From: Callorhinchus milii
Taxonomy: Eukaryota
Reading direction: 5' to 3'
DNA length: 64,000 nt
NCBI RefSeq assembly: GCF_018977255.1
Contig: NW_024704743.1
Location: 94,676,001-94,740,000 of the forward strand
Part shown: positions 51,698-64,000 of the stretch, piece by piece
Layout of the letters: each line of letters starts with the position of its first letter
How positions within the stretch are numbered: position 1 is the first letter of the stretch
Position numbers and translations under genes: made by a program
Notes under the pieces: model-generated
Database searches by the model: none
Seen by the model: the letters and a program-made list of their open reading frames with translations, nothing else
Told to the model about the DNA's origin: nothing

Positions 51698-52649
51698 GAA
51701 TCCTGTGAAGTGCTTTGGAACATCCTCCCGATACAATAGGCATTATACCGAATGCAAGGATTATTATAATTCAAAAGGGATATTGCTCCATTTCTTTGAA
51801 TTTACTGTGCCTGAGAATAGCCTTGCAATTTTCCTTATCCTGGGAAATTCCAGATCTCAGCAAGGCTTCCTGTGGGAAGGACTTCCCTGGAAGGAAGTAT
51901 AAGGAAGCCAGGGGGCAGGTCAGAGCACAACTGTGCCATACACACGAGAACAGCACTGATAGAGCCCACTCTCAGCTGGTGAGAAAGGTACAACCAGGGA
52001 TGAAGAATTGAACAAGCAGAAAAATAACATGATATAAAAAGGCAGAAAATTATTACCACATGCAACCTCAGCTTCAATTTTGATATGCAAATGAATTTAC
52101 CTCCAGGCAATATCTCATAACTTGTTCTCCCTGTGTTTCTGTATAATGATATGCAGTGTAAAACAACATTTACTACAGCTGAATCAAGTCTCTGTTCTTA
52201 AGCTATACTAATGTTAGTAGAAATATGAATGGAGCGTTTGACCCCTAGGATTGAGATTTTCTCCCTTTGTCCTCAGACACCAGCAACTGTTTGAATAGAT
52301 CATATGATGAGTCCAAGGAGTGTAGTTCCTGAAGGCAATGAATAAAAGCAGCTTGATGAGTTACCGTCATTAATAGAAGATCAACAACATATTCTGGAGC
52401 TCTTTCTGTGACTGTGTGCTTGGTGAACAGCAGTAAGGTGCCAGTGTATGCAGTCAGTGTGTTTAAAACAAACTCTTGGTCTAGTCTGTCAGCAAATCTC
52501 TGCAAAGGCATCTCTGGCCCAATCATCACACCTCTGAGGTACGTCCCACCTGAAAAATTAACCTAACATTCTTTTGGTTAAGTATATGAAGAATATGAAA
52601 ATGTAGAGTAGGGAAAAGGCAGAGAATTGGAGGTTTCAAGGACTTTCCA

Positions 52650-52932
52650 CTCTGGCCTGTCCCACATCGCCCTCCCCCACCATTCCACCATCAGTGGAAG
52701 AAGTTTCAGTCACCTCTCTCTAAAACTCTCTCCATCAGTCCCTCTGCTTTGCATCTTCCCTCACCACTTTCAAAACCATTCCAACAATCTATTTCGCTGA
52801 CAGGACTTTTGGTCAGCAACTTCTTACCCTTTCCGTCCAATCTCCCATCCTGCTAGCACTCTCACTCTGTCTCTGTAAAGCGCTTTGAGATGTTTTAACA
52901 AGTCAGGGGTGCTTTTTAAATGCAAATTGTCG
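52650..52932 (+). mobile_element. Old L2 3' fragment
   Basis: Degenerate homology to 5030-5380, including AAAGCGCTTTGAGATG. Confidence 0.55.
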
Positions 52933-55900
52933 TACCTCTTCAATAAATAGATCTATCTTTCCACGAAGACAATACATTGGAACAGATTTGTTCTTGATTG
53001 TTCATTTTGTGTTTTATGAAAATGTCTGGCTTATTAATAAGGTACTGTACTATAAGGATAATCATTCCATTTGATACTGCACTTTTCACATTAGGACATC
53101 TCAAAAGCACTTTATAGGATATATAATCACTTGGTATCACTATGTTTCTGTATAATGATGTACAGTGTAAAACATTGGATAGACCTTACTACAAAATAAT
53201 AATTTCTATCCAGCATCTTTCAGTGATTGTTACACATTATTTCATTCAAAAAATACAGATCAAAACGCACACATTCACAAATTTTTATATTATCAAGCTT
53301 ATAGCACTTTCTTCGTTAACAAATAGCCCTGCCATTGTTATTTCAAAGGAACATGGCGCACTTGTCCCGGTTATCCTATTTTATATTCTCCAAATTTACC
53401 CCCAAACACAAATTATTTGATCACTCATCTGATTTGTTTATGGGACATTGCTGGTGCCTATCTAACATTCACTTCATTCCTAATGCAACTTTGTAAAGTA
53501 TCTTGAGATACTTTTTTACGTGAAAAGCTTTATATAAGTCAGGTTATTATTATCATCAGTATTTCTGTCGCGATTTGAACAAATTCCTTTCGAAGTATTT
53601 TGAACAATCACGTGTCCTTACCACAAAATACCAATTTCCACACGGTATCTTTCATTGCTTTATCAAGGGTTGTTTCTCCCAGAAAATAGACACATCAAAA
53701 CACCCACATTCACATTATTTTTATTATCAAGTCTTATCGCATAGTAGAAAGTCTTTTTTTTAAGGTGACACTGGAAACAAAAATACAACACACAACTGTA
53801 AGATGTGATCCCTGAATTTAGAACAGAAATGCACACACCTGCTTTACATGTGACAGACTTGTCCTAACAGTGAGTCCACAGGAGGTAATATATTTTAAAT
53901 AACAGAAAAGCACCTTATAATGCAACACTGCTGCCTCTTTGGAGGACTTTTGTAAACTAATTCTGCAGTTGCGTTACCTGATCCAATTTTTCTTTTCTTT
54001 GGTAGAAGAGCAGAGAAAAGGAAGCAGAATGAAATGATTATTATATGTGTTTAGGAATGTTTACCACTCACTTTAGGAATATGTTTACCACTTAAAATGA
54101 AGGCAGTCTGGATCAATAAGATCCCAACAAACAGAATGCAAGGGTAAAGGATGGCATCTGTTCACATAAAAAACAGCAACGGTTGATGAACAGCTGAAGT
54201 AAAAACTAGACGTGACAAACAAAGCAGTCAGATTCCGATTTAAAGGTTATCAGTCATGTCAAAAAACAACACTGGGCCCCAGGTGAACAACTTATTTATA
54301 ATTTTAAAAGGATCATAAAGCAAAGTAACTTAATTTAGAAACCAGGTCAGACCTTTGAGAAGTCAAGGATCTGGAATGCTCAATATATACATTTGGACTC
54401 GGTTTTAAACATCAAACATAAAAATATGATAAAAATATCTTGGAAAGATATCTGATCACTCTGACAGCCCCTTGAAGTAGAGGGAAGCTGTTTATCCAAA
54501 CATCACTAACCAAACTGATCAGTTAACTCTCAACTAGTGCGACATTTACATATATCTGTGCTGAATTAATGTTTTTGAATACAGTACATTATTAGAATGA
54601 ATAACTGAACAACTATCCAAATTACTAACTTATCTGTTTTTTCTAAAGTGTTTGGACAAACATTGGTGGATTGTGAACTTATAATTCTTGATGGTGCTAG
54701 CCACAAAACAATATTGTTATATACAATCTGTTCAGTCTTATCGCTTTTAAAAATGAAACAAAAAGACTCACAATACTCTCTAAAACTCACACAAATCACA
54801 GATTCTGGAGCAAATAATTCACTTAAAAATACCTTTTTCTATATGTTACCTATTTTCTAACAATCTAAGTGTCGATTTCCGTACAGCCTCGTTTTTTTTG
54901 ACATTTGTTGCTGAGTAGATTTAGAAGCAGAATCACGTGAAGTAGAAATTTGAGGCTAAAATGACCTGAAGGCTCCAGAGTTCAACTCTAGGCCAAGGTT
55001 CACAACTTAGGATTTTTGCTCCAGTTGACGGTCAAATTCTTCAACTCACTGGTGCATTTTGCTGATTGTTAGCCAGACCACAGTGTGGAATGCTGAACCA
55101 ACTTGGAGCACTGCAAGGCTGGAGAGACCAGTTTACTAAGCTGGTCTGCTGTTGCTCCACCTTTCCTGCTGAAGGCAAAAATGTGGCAGCAGAAGGCAAC
55201 AGCAGGGAATGAAAACAATTGAAATGTGGGAAGATTTTAAGCAATAATCAACAGAAAATACTTAGCGAAAATAGTCGTTATTACCAATTTAAAAAAGGTA
55301 CAAGAGATAATGTAATTTGGAAATAAATGTTTAATTCATGTCCCTACAGTTCTAGATTAAAAGACCTAGATTTTAAAACAATAATACTGTGTAGCTAAAC
55401 TCTCGGACACACTTGTGACAGATTCTGCCTACCTGCAGGCTATGAAAAAGCTCAAAGAATAATTGAGAGCCAAGTACTGTCGGGAGGGAAGGTCAAAACC
55501 CCATTATGTTCTACATTCAAATCTCTAAGGCAGATAATAGAAATTAACCCAAAACCCCACTTTTGTTTTGAAGCAGAGCTGCCATTAGCTGTGCAGATCC
55601 TGAAATCTTTGATGCAACAACATCTCTCTTCTTCCCAATCCTTCCCAGAAAGCTGCCAGGACTGATTACTGTAACATGATGAGATAGATACATTGCTAAT
55701 AAATACTATCCCCACAACAGATTTAGAGCCCTTTTCTCTCTGCCTTATGCCCAAGAGAGTCTGTAATGATGTCCAGAGGTCTCAATCCCTACTAAAACCA
55801 AATAATTCCTTCATTGTTGAAAATGGCTCATTTATCAGTTCAACTTTCTTGTTAAATTAAATTTCATGACCTTTGTATGCAGGATGCATTCCCTGTCTAT

Positions 55901-56829
55901 CAATATCATTGTTAGCATTAAACTCAAGAGGTTTGGGATTGGTTAGGGGTAGTCTTAATGTTCACATACACTGAAAGTTTTGAGTTTGAGAAAATGTCTT
56001 AACACATTGGATTCAAATAGTATCTGAAACTGGTACACTAATAGAGTTCTTCACCACCATAGCAGGAAATTCAATACCAGTTCTCTCTGTTTTCTCTTCT
56101 TGTTAATGAGGAGCATCCAAGCATCAAACTAATCCGCATTAGTTCTGAGGTCAACTCTTCTTGTATCTATTCAACTTCAATGTACAATGTTCAAATACAT
56201 AGACCTCAGTGGAACAGTCTGAGGATACTTTTGGTTTGAGCCAACTTGACTTGAACATTATATCAAAAAGCTTTGATCCCTCAATATATTATAAGTTCCT
56301 CTTGGTTTCATAGTATTTAATGAAACTACATTGCCTACCTCTTGTTTCTTCTTCCCATATCACTATCGGTGTCAATATATCAATATGTTTCATTATCAAT
56401 GCAGAATACTATTTTTTAATCAGAAAACACCAGGCCAGTCAGCTCAGAGTTGGGGTCGAGGGTGGGGGAGGAGCTGAGATACAATAACTATTCAGGAGAA
56501 AATAATTTCTCATACATTTCACCAAATTCCATAAAGGGAATTGGCCTATGCAAAGTTCACCAATACTTCCCAATTTTAAAGAAAAGCGGCTTGTAGAGCG
56601 GTGGCTGCCTTCATCCTGTACAGCAGATACCACACTTGCATTTTATAAATACGTGAAAGAGTAATGACAGAGCAGCTCTGTATTAAAGATCACTTGCATA
56701 ACAGTCCTCTCCTGTCCTGAAGACGATACTCTGATAGGTAACTCTTAGAGAGGATAGTGTGAGAGAAAGAACCATCAACTGGAATGATTGGGTCCGTTCA
56801 TTACTCGGGTGGTCAAAGATCTCTTCATG

Positions 56830-57035
56830 GAATCATAGAATGTAACAGCATCAAAAAGGCCATTTGGCCCATCGATAGCCCAACTACCCTGGTGTTTTTC
56901 TCCATGTGAGCCACCTAAATTATTCCTTTGCTCCCCTTATTCCACTTTTTCTAGCATCTATCTATTTCCTTTTTTAAATAATTTAATGACTCTTCTTCAA
57001 TGGATTGTGGCAGAGAGTTCCACTAACTTCTGTGA
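56830..57035 (-). mobile_element. CR1-type 3' end remnant
   Basis: CATAGAATGTAACAGCA..AAAAGGCCATTTGGCCCATC is the reverse of a CR1-like tail. Confidence 0.5.
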
Positions 57036-57959
57036 AGCTATTTCTGATTTTTTAAAAAAATAGGTGAGGCTTGAGGACAACACATTCACAAGATCCCTCC
57101 AATCCTTGAAAGACATCAGTGCAACTTGACCCAACCACATTCCTAGTGGTGGGTGGATTGCTACAACTCTGTGACTTTCAGAGAAGCTGATTGCATGTCT
57201 AAGGAATCTCTCCCATGGATAGATGACAGATGTATAAATATTCTTCAGAATAAAGAACTGGACAAAGGAGATGCTTCAACGATCAATTTTGAGCAGCTTA
57301 ATTCTTGGATAGGTAATCAATACCTACTGACTCTGCTGAAATTATGGCTTCCACAGTAGCATCACAATGAAGCAAATAGTAAACTGCCACTAATTCACTT
57401 CCATTACTTTTCACATTCCCTTTTCAGGACATTTTCTTCGCGGGAGCTTTCTGTAGCTGGATTGAGATACTGATGTAACTTGTTACTTTTCTAGTTTACC
57501 CACTCTGGTTCACTATATTTATGATTTATGCCAATAACTGTGATCAGTATGGGCTGTCTATTAGATTAAGGTTTGGTACTTAAATTAATTTTTTTCAACT
57601 TTAATTAAACATTTCTGGAACCTTAAAAATGTAGTACAGATGCTTCATAGGCTGACAAAGTTGACGGGGGCACCAGAATTGGCCTTAATTTACCTGTGTA
57701 AGGAAGGGAAACAAATCCGCTGGGAATTGAATTCCTGTTCCCTATCCAGTAAAAGTGCTTTTAAGATTTTCCTTCAAGTGTAAGGTGTGATGCAGTAAAA
57801 TTGCAGTTTTTCTCAACAAGTTCAATGTTTAATTGAATCCATTAAGAAGCACTTCTTTTTAAAGTTATTAGTAATAACAATGTAATCGTAATAATTATTA
57901 ATCACAGTACTAATATCAGCTTGTATATGAAAGGCAAGTTATCATTATTAAAGCTGTTA

Positions 57960-58140
57960 GAATGTGTGCACATGTAGTTGTTGAGTGAGGGCAGGATTGG
58001 GCTCAGCTGCACTGCCCATGGCGGTGATGCTTCTACAGTCAAACAATCTGCCAAACTCACTGTCCATGCAAAAAATGAAGAACAGTCAGTTGGGTGTGAG
58101 ACCGGAGGCTGCCAGTGTCCACGCAAGCGTACTCCAGCTG
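57960..58140 (+). mobile_element. AmnSINE2-like 3' half
   Basis: GTGAGGGCAGGATTGGGCTCAGCTG...ACTCACTGTC...TGAAGAA...ACCGGAGG. Confidence 0.55.
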
Positions 58141-58819
58141 CCAGAGTCACTGCCTTCAGGAGAAGAGAGAAAAAATAAACTACAGAACCTATGTGCTCTC
58201 AATGCCACATCACTGTCATGTCACAACCTTCAAAAATTTCAAGGTGACTTCTTTCAATTTCTCTCAGCTGTTTTAGAGAAATGTGCTGTGGTATCAATGC
58301 AAAGTTATGCTACTTTCAAGACTGTAAATTCTGGGGTAAATTTTGCCATGTGTCAACACCTATGTGTTAATTAACTAGTCGAGCACATCACATTTTGCGA
58401 GGGGTACATTTGGCGATGTGGTAATTGACACTTACTTGCTAATTCATACCCGGTAGTCAAATTAGTGCCATTCAGACACTGACTGATGCCTGCTGGGTGT
58501 AATCTCCCCCTCTCCCCCACCCAACCCACCTACTCGACACTGTAATTAATGGTTGTGTCTGAGAAGAAATGGATCATGGTATTAGCCTGCTGGTTGGGGG
58601 AAGGGTGACACTAGTTTAATTCAGATCTTTTGTTCAGGTAAGATGGCATCCCACTAACCAGGAGAACAGATCCACGATCTGCAAATTCAATTTGGTAACC
58701 ATGTTCATGAATAGGACCATTCAGAAGAAGCATTTTGGGGTGGGAATCCTCTTCTGGTACATTCGGGGGCCATACGATTCATTAAATGTCATAAGATCGC
58801 TAAATTAGCCATTGTATGT

Positions 58820-59030
58820 CTCCCTCAATCCCTCCGCCTCTCTCCCTCAATCCCTCCACCTTGCCTTGCTCTCTCTCCCCTTTCTCAAGTCCCACCTGAA
58901 AACATTCCTTTTCAACTGTGCTTACGGTCACCTCCCCTCACACCCTGGCTCGGAGTCAGGCTCCGCCACTGTTAAGCGCTCTGAGACACTCTCTGTGTTG
59001 AGGCAGCTATATAAGTGCAAGTTGTTGTTG
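58820..59030 (+). mobile_element. L2 3' fragment, second tail family
   Basis: KSHLKTFLFNCAYG and AAGCGCTCTGAGAC...TGCAAG(TTG)n. Confidence 0.75.
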
Positions 59031-60161
59031 TATGTGAATTATCACATATATGGTGATTAACACATAGCAACAACGCAAAATTATCCCCCACCCCACGTGA
59101 TATGCTCAACTAATAATCCATTCAATCACAGAATTTCAGTGCATTTACAAATCTTGATAGCTTGGACTAATAGCGCAACATTTTGCGAAACCTAACGGTG
59201 CCTTATTGTTATTTTACATGTACTGTTTCAGGCATTGATAGCTATGTACACCACTATCAACCAATACAAGGTTAAATTATTTTATACAAGATTATTACAG
59301 CTGGGAAATCTGACTGGCACAAGTGGTCAGTATTTGGCTAGATTTCAAGAGGCAAGATGAAATCAACCAATTCAAGTCAAATCTGGCCTAGTCCTAAATG
59401 GCAAAATTATAATTATCAATTTTGCAAATTTAATGTTCTTTTTGTATATATGAGTGGTTCTTTCAGAATGTTCTAACATTCCTGATCGTGAAATAACAAG
59501 GTGACAAATATAGATGAGCACAGTTAATAGGTACAACATTTTAAGTAAAAGCAGAAACTTCATTGTTCTGAAAAATGGGTGCAGAGATACTGCTTTTTAT
59601 AAATTTAAAAAAAACATTTCCCGTAAAAAATGCATAATATTTGAATGATAATCAAACAAGATTAATGTCAAATTTACAGTGACGTGGTTGTAACATTCAT
59701 GCACTGTAACACTATCATTCCCTGTTTTATCTAACATCATTATAACAATTACAGTACAGTGATACAGTCTGAGGCTAAAACAGCCTGGAAGCAACTCATG
59801 TGAAATATCAGTGCTTTAAAGGATAGAAATTTCCTGACAATAACTGGAGTGTCACAGAAGGGACTAAAAAATCCATCTAGTGATAAAATTATTTACCAAA
59901 AGTCAACTCATCTAGACCAATTCACATTGAGTATCAGTTCCATGATATGTTCACTTTTAAGAAAAAGGATCCTGATACAGAGTTCATTGCAAGACTATAA
60001 AATCTACTGTTACAAAACGTAAAAAATAGTGCTGAGATTTAACCGTGCTCTTTCTTTAATATACCTTATAGTTTTCTCTGTTTTAAAAACACAAAAGTTG
60101 ACCTTAGTGTTATAGCGAGAGGTTGTGTATTCAAATATTATGGCACATAATTTAACTATAG

Positions 60162-60432
60162 ACAACAACAATAACAACAACAAAATTACATTTGTATAGC
60201 ACCTTTCACGACGGGAGGATGTTCCAAGGCGCTGGACAATCAATGTTTTGGACCCGAGCTGGGGGTCGGGATCGGGGAGGGCGGAGGGCAGGGGGGTAAG
60301 GAGGGTGATTGAAGGCACGGTCGAAGAGGAGGGTCTTGAGTCAGGTCTTGAAGGAAGCAAGGGCCTGCGGGATGGAGTTCCAGAGGGTGGGGGCAGAGTG
60401 GCTGAAGGCCTGCCTGCCAATGGTGGACTGGT
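60162..60432 (-). mobile_element. L2 3' end about 0.8 kb downstream of the ASXL3 stop (probably within the 3'UTR)
   Basis: AFSHSAPTLWNSIP..LFDRAF and tail with (TTG)n. Confidence 0.88.
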
Positions 60433-61207
60433 CTGCTCCTAGCCAATTAAATACGGATAGAGCCTTGCTAAAAAATAAATCTTTTAGGATTTTGAAAGCC
60501 TCCTATTCGATTCGATTAAATTCTACGCGGATAGGAAAACAAATTTAAAATAGATCTAATAGGATTAATTCCAAGATGTCTTTGAATCCTATAGCATAAT
60601 TAACGCTTTGAAAACTTTCAAAGGTAAGGAATTTATATTCTATCTACAAAGGGCTGCTTTTGACCCCAGTGGCACTCTCATTGTTAAATTGCCTTTGTCT
60701 TGCTCTTTTTAGATTGGTCCCCAAGCAGCAGAAAGCTACCTGGTCCCCACCCACTGTCGCACACAGCCTATAACCTACGATTAAGAGGTAGGTGGGAGGC
60801 AGATATCCTCCCATTGTGCTCTCCCTTCACTTGCACTCAGCTCCTCTTTCCTATGAGAACCTACTCCTAGGAATAGTTAGTATAAGTCCATGCCCTACCA
60901 CTCCGCAGGAAGACTCACTCACCCACCAATGTCCTGTGGTTATCTGCCAGTATCTACAGCGATTCTAATGTCCTCTCAAAGTGGAATTTGGTAAATGTAC
61001 AGGGCTGTGTTACATTTATGAACCCACAATGTTCTGCAAAGTAAAGCAATGAAGGTAATTTGGTTTAGATGCAGAAATATTACTGCAGTTCTCAAAGGGT
61101 TAATGCGATATCTTATGGGATACTTGAGCCCGATCAAGTCTTCATAAAAGTGAGCTATTCTTGTATTGTGCAGCAAGTAGAGATAATCCACTGGGTCAGC
61201 CAGTCCT

Positions 61208-63999
61208 CTATCGGACAACTAAACAGGCTACACAGAGCTTTGAAGGCCCTATGCAGTCATCATGGCAGAAGGCGCCACATCCTTTACACATAATCATGGC
61301 TTTCAACCTGCAGGAGCACTTCAACTCCAATTCTTCCCCGTTGCTGCTATCAGCAAATTTCGGAACCGGAATGGAATTATTCTGGTTCGACAAAGTGGAC
61401 AAAGTGCTGTTTCCACTACTTCCCAGGAAACTACCAATAGACTGTTCGATGACAGAAGTGACCCTTTTTAAATTCGTGCCGTTGAAATGCAACGTGGAAT
61501 AGTTGCCATATAGTTGCTGCTGCAGGCGTTTCTGAGGAGCGAGCGGCGAGGTGGCTTTGCTGGGGTCGGAGGACAGGTGGGAGCAAAAATCGGAATCTTT
61601 CACTATTCTCCCTAAAAGCAAATCCATCGTGGGTCCGAAAACCTTTACCTGCTCCTTTGTTTCATAATGATCACTTGGAACATCTTTGACAGCCACTGCA
61701 CAGCTGCTGGTTAACCCATCCTCCACAGAAAAACGTTCCATTTTAATGCCACTACAGCGGTCAGTTGCAGGAAGCAAACTAATTCTTTTATTGGTTTCCA
61801 CGGTAACTGCTCCTTGCTTTTGATCAGATGGCCCTTCTCTCTCACTTAGTGCAGCAGGATATTTTGCAGACCTAGTCTGGGCGGGCTGTGCCGCTCTGCA
61901 GCTGCCATCAGTTTGCTTAATTTCAAGACTGTTAGAAAAAACAGTCTCCGCGCTCTCCTGATCTGCGTCCACTGAAGTATCGACCTGTGCTGCAGAGTTA
62001 AGCGCCGGGCTGTTCCCCTCCAGGCGTGGGTTGAATGCTAATGTATTTGGAGTGCCATAGCCCAATGTGGCTTGTGGGGTAGTTTGCAGTGCTCCTTCTG
62101 TTTCAGCCAATCCTCTCAGTGTAACAGACACTGGGTGAGTGTGCTGCCTCTGTGAGACAGGAGCCGCAGCAGTGGAGATGTTACCCTTGTCATTGCTGTT
62201 CAACAAAGTCCGCTCGAAACCGCAAGCCAGCAATGGTCTCTTCTGCTCTTTAAACTGTAGGCCTGGAGCAATTTTGTGCTGAATGAAAGGCTTGCTGATC
62301 CATTCCTGTTTAAATAATGTCTGCCGCTCCCCTGACTGATCCTCATCTGTATTGAGGGGAGGCTGTGCCCACATTTTAACCCCTGCTGCAGTATACTGCT
62401 TTGCTTGCTCATATCTACTCTGAGACTGTTCCCCTATTAACTTGGCCTGCCTCTTGCTTCCTTGCATATCACGAGCTTTGCCTTGAATCTGCCCTGCTGT
62501 TCCCCAAGCATGGCCCTTAGGGGTTTGTGAGAGTGAGTAAGAAACGTTGCCAGGGACATCTCTCTCAGCTGTAGTCACTTTAGATTCAGCGGAAATTCGT
62601 GAGGGCAAAGGAAACCTATTAATTTCAAGCCTGGCACCTGACCGAAGCTGCGGCAGTACTTTCTCTAGAGGCAAGTTGCCCTGCAGCAACTGTGTCACAA
62701 GAGGATTATTGGCTTCCACTGATGAAAGGTGACGATTAGAGCTTGCAGGAGCAGGAACTCGGTCTTGGATCTCCACAGCCGCTGACATGAAGGTCTTAGA
62801 CTGGCTCGTGGCAAAAGATGCTTTGGAGTTCTTTGTTTGTGAGCTGTCTGCGACTGCACTGATTTGAGGGTGAAAGGAGTTCTCTCCTTTGTCACTCTCT
62901 TCCTTAACCTCTGCCACTTTAGCCTCAGAGTCACCTATGTTCGATAAACCTTTAGACTGTTGTCCAGTCTGGTCACTGCTTGCCTCTGGTAAAAGCTTCA
63001 GAACAGACTCCGAAGGTTGTTTGTTGATGTGCGTGGAATCCGCAGGATTGATGTGCAGGCCTAACCTTCCACTCCTCAATGTGTCACCCTCATTCTCTTT
63101 ATGGCTATTCAGTCCCTGCTTCTGTCTATTGTAGCCGATGAGGTCGCTGAGTCGTAGCATTTCTTCACCCACATGGTAACACGATTTACTGTGGTTGGAG
63201 ATGACCATTGCTCCTATGTTTGTTGGAGTTTTAGCCACAGCGCAGTGTGGTTCAGTTAGGTCAGACCATATCCTAGCACCATATGTTGTTTCTTCTAAAC
63301 GGGTGGCACCTTCTGAACCCAGAGAAGCTGTTCGGAGGCTGTTATCATCTTGTTTTGTTAGCACCTTAGAACCACTATTTCTGTCAATCTCTTCCAATTG
63401 ATTACCAATGTTTGGCTCAACCCACTTATTGTTTAATTCCTGAGACTGTGTTTCATTGTTGTTCAGGGTGTTTTCGATTTTAAATGCTTCAGGCTGGGAG
63501 TTCAAACTCAAATCTGCTGGAGAGTAAGTTCCTGCAGCTGTGGTTGACCTGGGCACAGTATAATCCTCTCCAGGGTTACTGGTTTCTTTAGCATTGATGG
63601 AAGGCTGTGGAGCGCTCAACAGCTGAGGACTCACACCAGCTTCCATCTTGCTTGTTACTGCAGGAGACCCCAAATCCAGCGGCACTGCTGCAGATTTAAG
63701 GACAATGGTAACATCAGAGCTGACGACCATATTGTTGGCAGAGACGGAGTTGAATTATTTTCAAAACTTGAATCATCTGCACTGGGCACAGAGTTGGGCT
63801 CAGCGGTCTCACCGATACAGCTATCATTATCACAGCTGTCAATTTCATTGCGGCTCTGGACATTTGTGTTGTCGCCAGGGCTTGGAATAGAGGTGTTACC
63901 AGAAGAGCTGCTGGAATATCCCGGTGGGTGAGTACTTTCAGGTGGATATTGCAGGTATACATTATATGCAGCACGTGCCACAGAAACACTGTTTGCAGC
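61208..63999 (-). CDS. ASXL3: Additional sex combs-like 3, distal part of the terminal coding exon (5' part outside the window; one -1 frameshift at about 63655-63757)
   Basis: ASXM2 box [19 protein letters not shown] (about 62651-62710). C-terminal [44 protein letters not shown], where the CSCRL and CVACL residues fit ASXL3. Convergent with NOL4 as in other vertebrates. The upstream frame is open to the window edge. Confidence 0.9.
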
Positions 64000-64000
64000 A

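Noticed and set aside
48858..53725. ASXL3 polyadenylation site
   Set aside because: There are several minus-strand AATAAA candidates (about 53720, 51397, 48858) and sequence alone cannot choose among them.
60440..60600. AT-rich segment with short palindromes (CCTAT…ATAGG) as a structured UTR element
   Set aside because: The stems are too short to distinguish from chance.
61208..63730. Standalone 840-aa gene, or ASXL1/ASXL2 identity
   Set aside because: The ATG is internal to a larger frameshifted exon; PHD residues and the NOL4 neighbour favour ASXL3.
1..64000. CRISPR array, prokaryotic defence or retron-like system around the reverse transcriptase
   Set aside because: Spliced vertebrate genes and an APE-type LINE RT; no regularly spaced repeat-spacer structure or operon.

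Overview
Eukaryotic (vertebrate) genomic DNA, most likely a cartilaginous fish. The repeat content points to a holocephalan (elephant shark or chimaera), which is an inference. Two genes converge tail-to-tail. On + are the last five coding exons of NOL4 (17345-42344, all GT-AG, phases consistent) with their 3'UTR. On - is the distal part of the large terminal exon of ASXL3 (ASXM2 box and C-terminal PHD finger, stop at 61208), which carries one -1 frameshift near 63.73 kb. Everything else is intron or intergenic DNA rich in retroelements. These include a near full-length single-ORF L2-clade LINE (1952-5395) whose seven -1 frameshifts look like sequencing errors, many truncated L2 3' ends, CR1 and Penelope-like remnants, and old DeuSINE/SacSINE1-like and AmnSINE2-like SINEs. 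There are also six near-identical young tRNA-headed SINEs that share a covarying 3' stem-loop with the L2. The most interesting system visible is this probably active L2 plus its chimeric partner SINE. No prokaryotic or CRISPR-type system is present. Repeat family names come from remembered consensus sequences, not from a search, and repeat boundaries are approximate.
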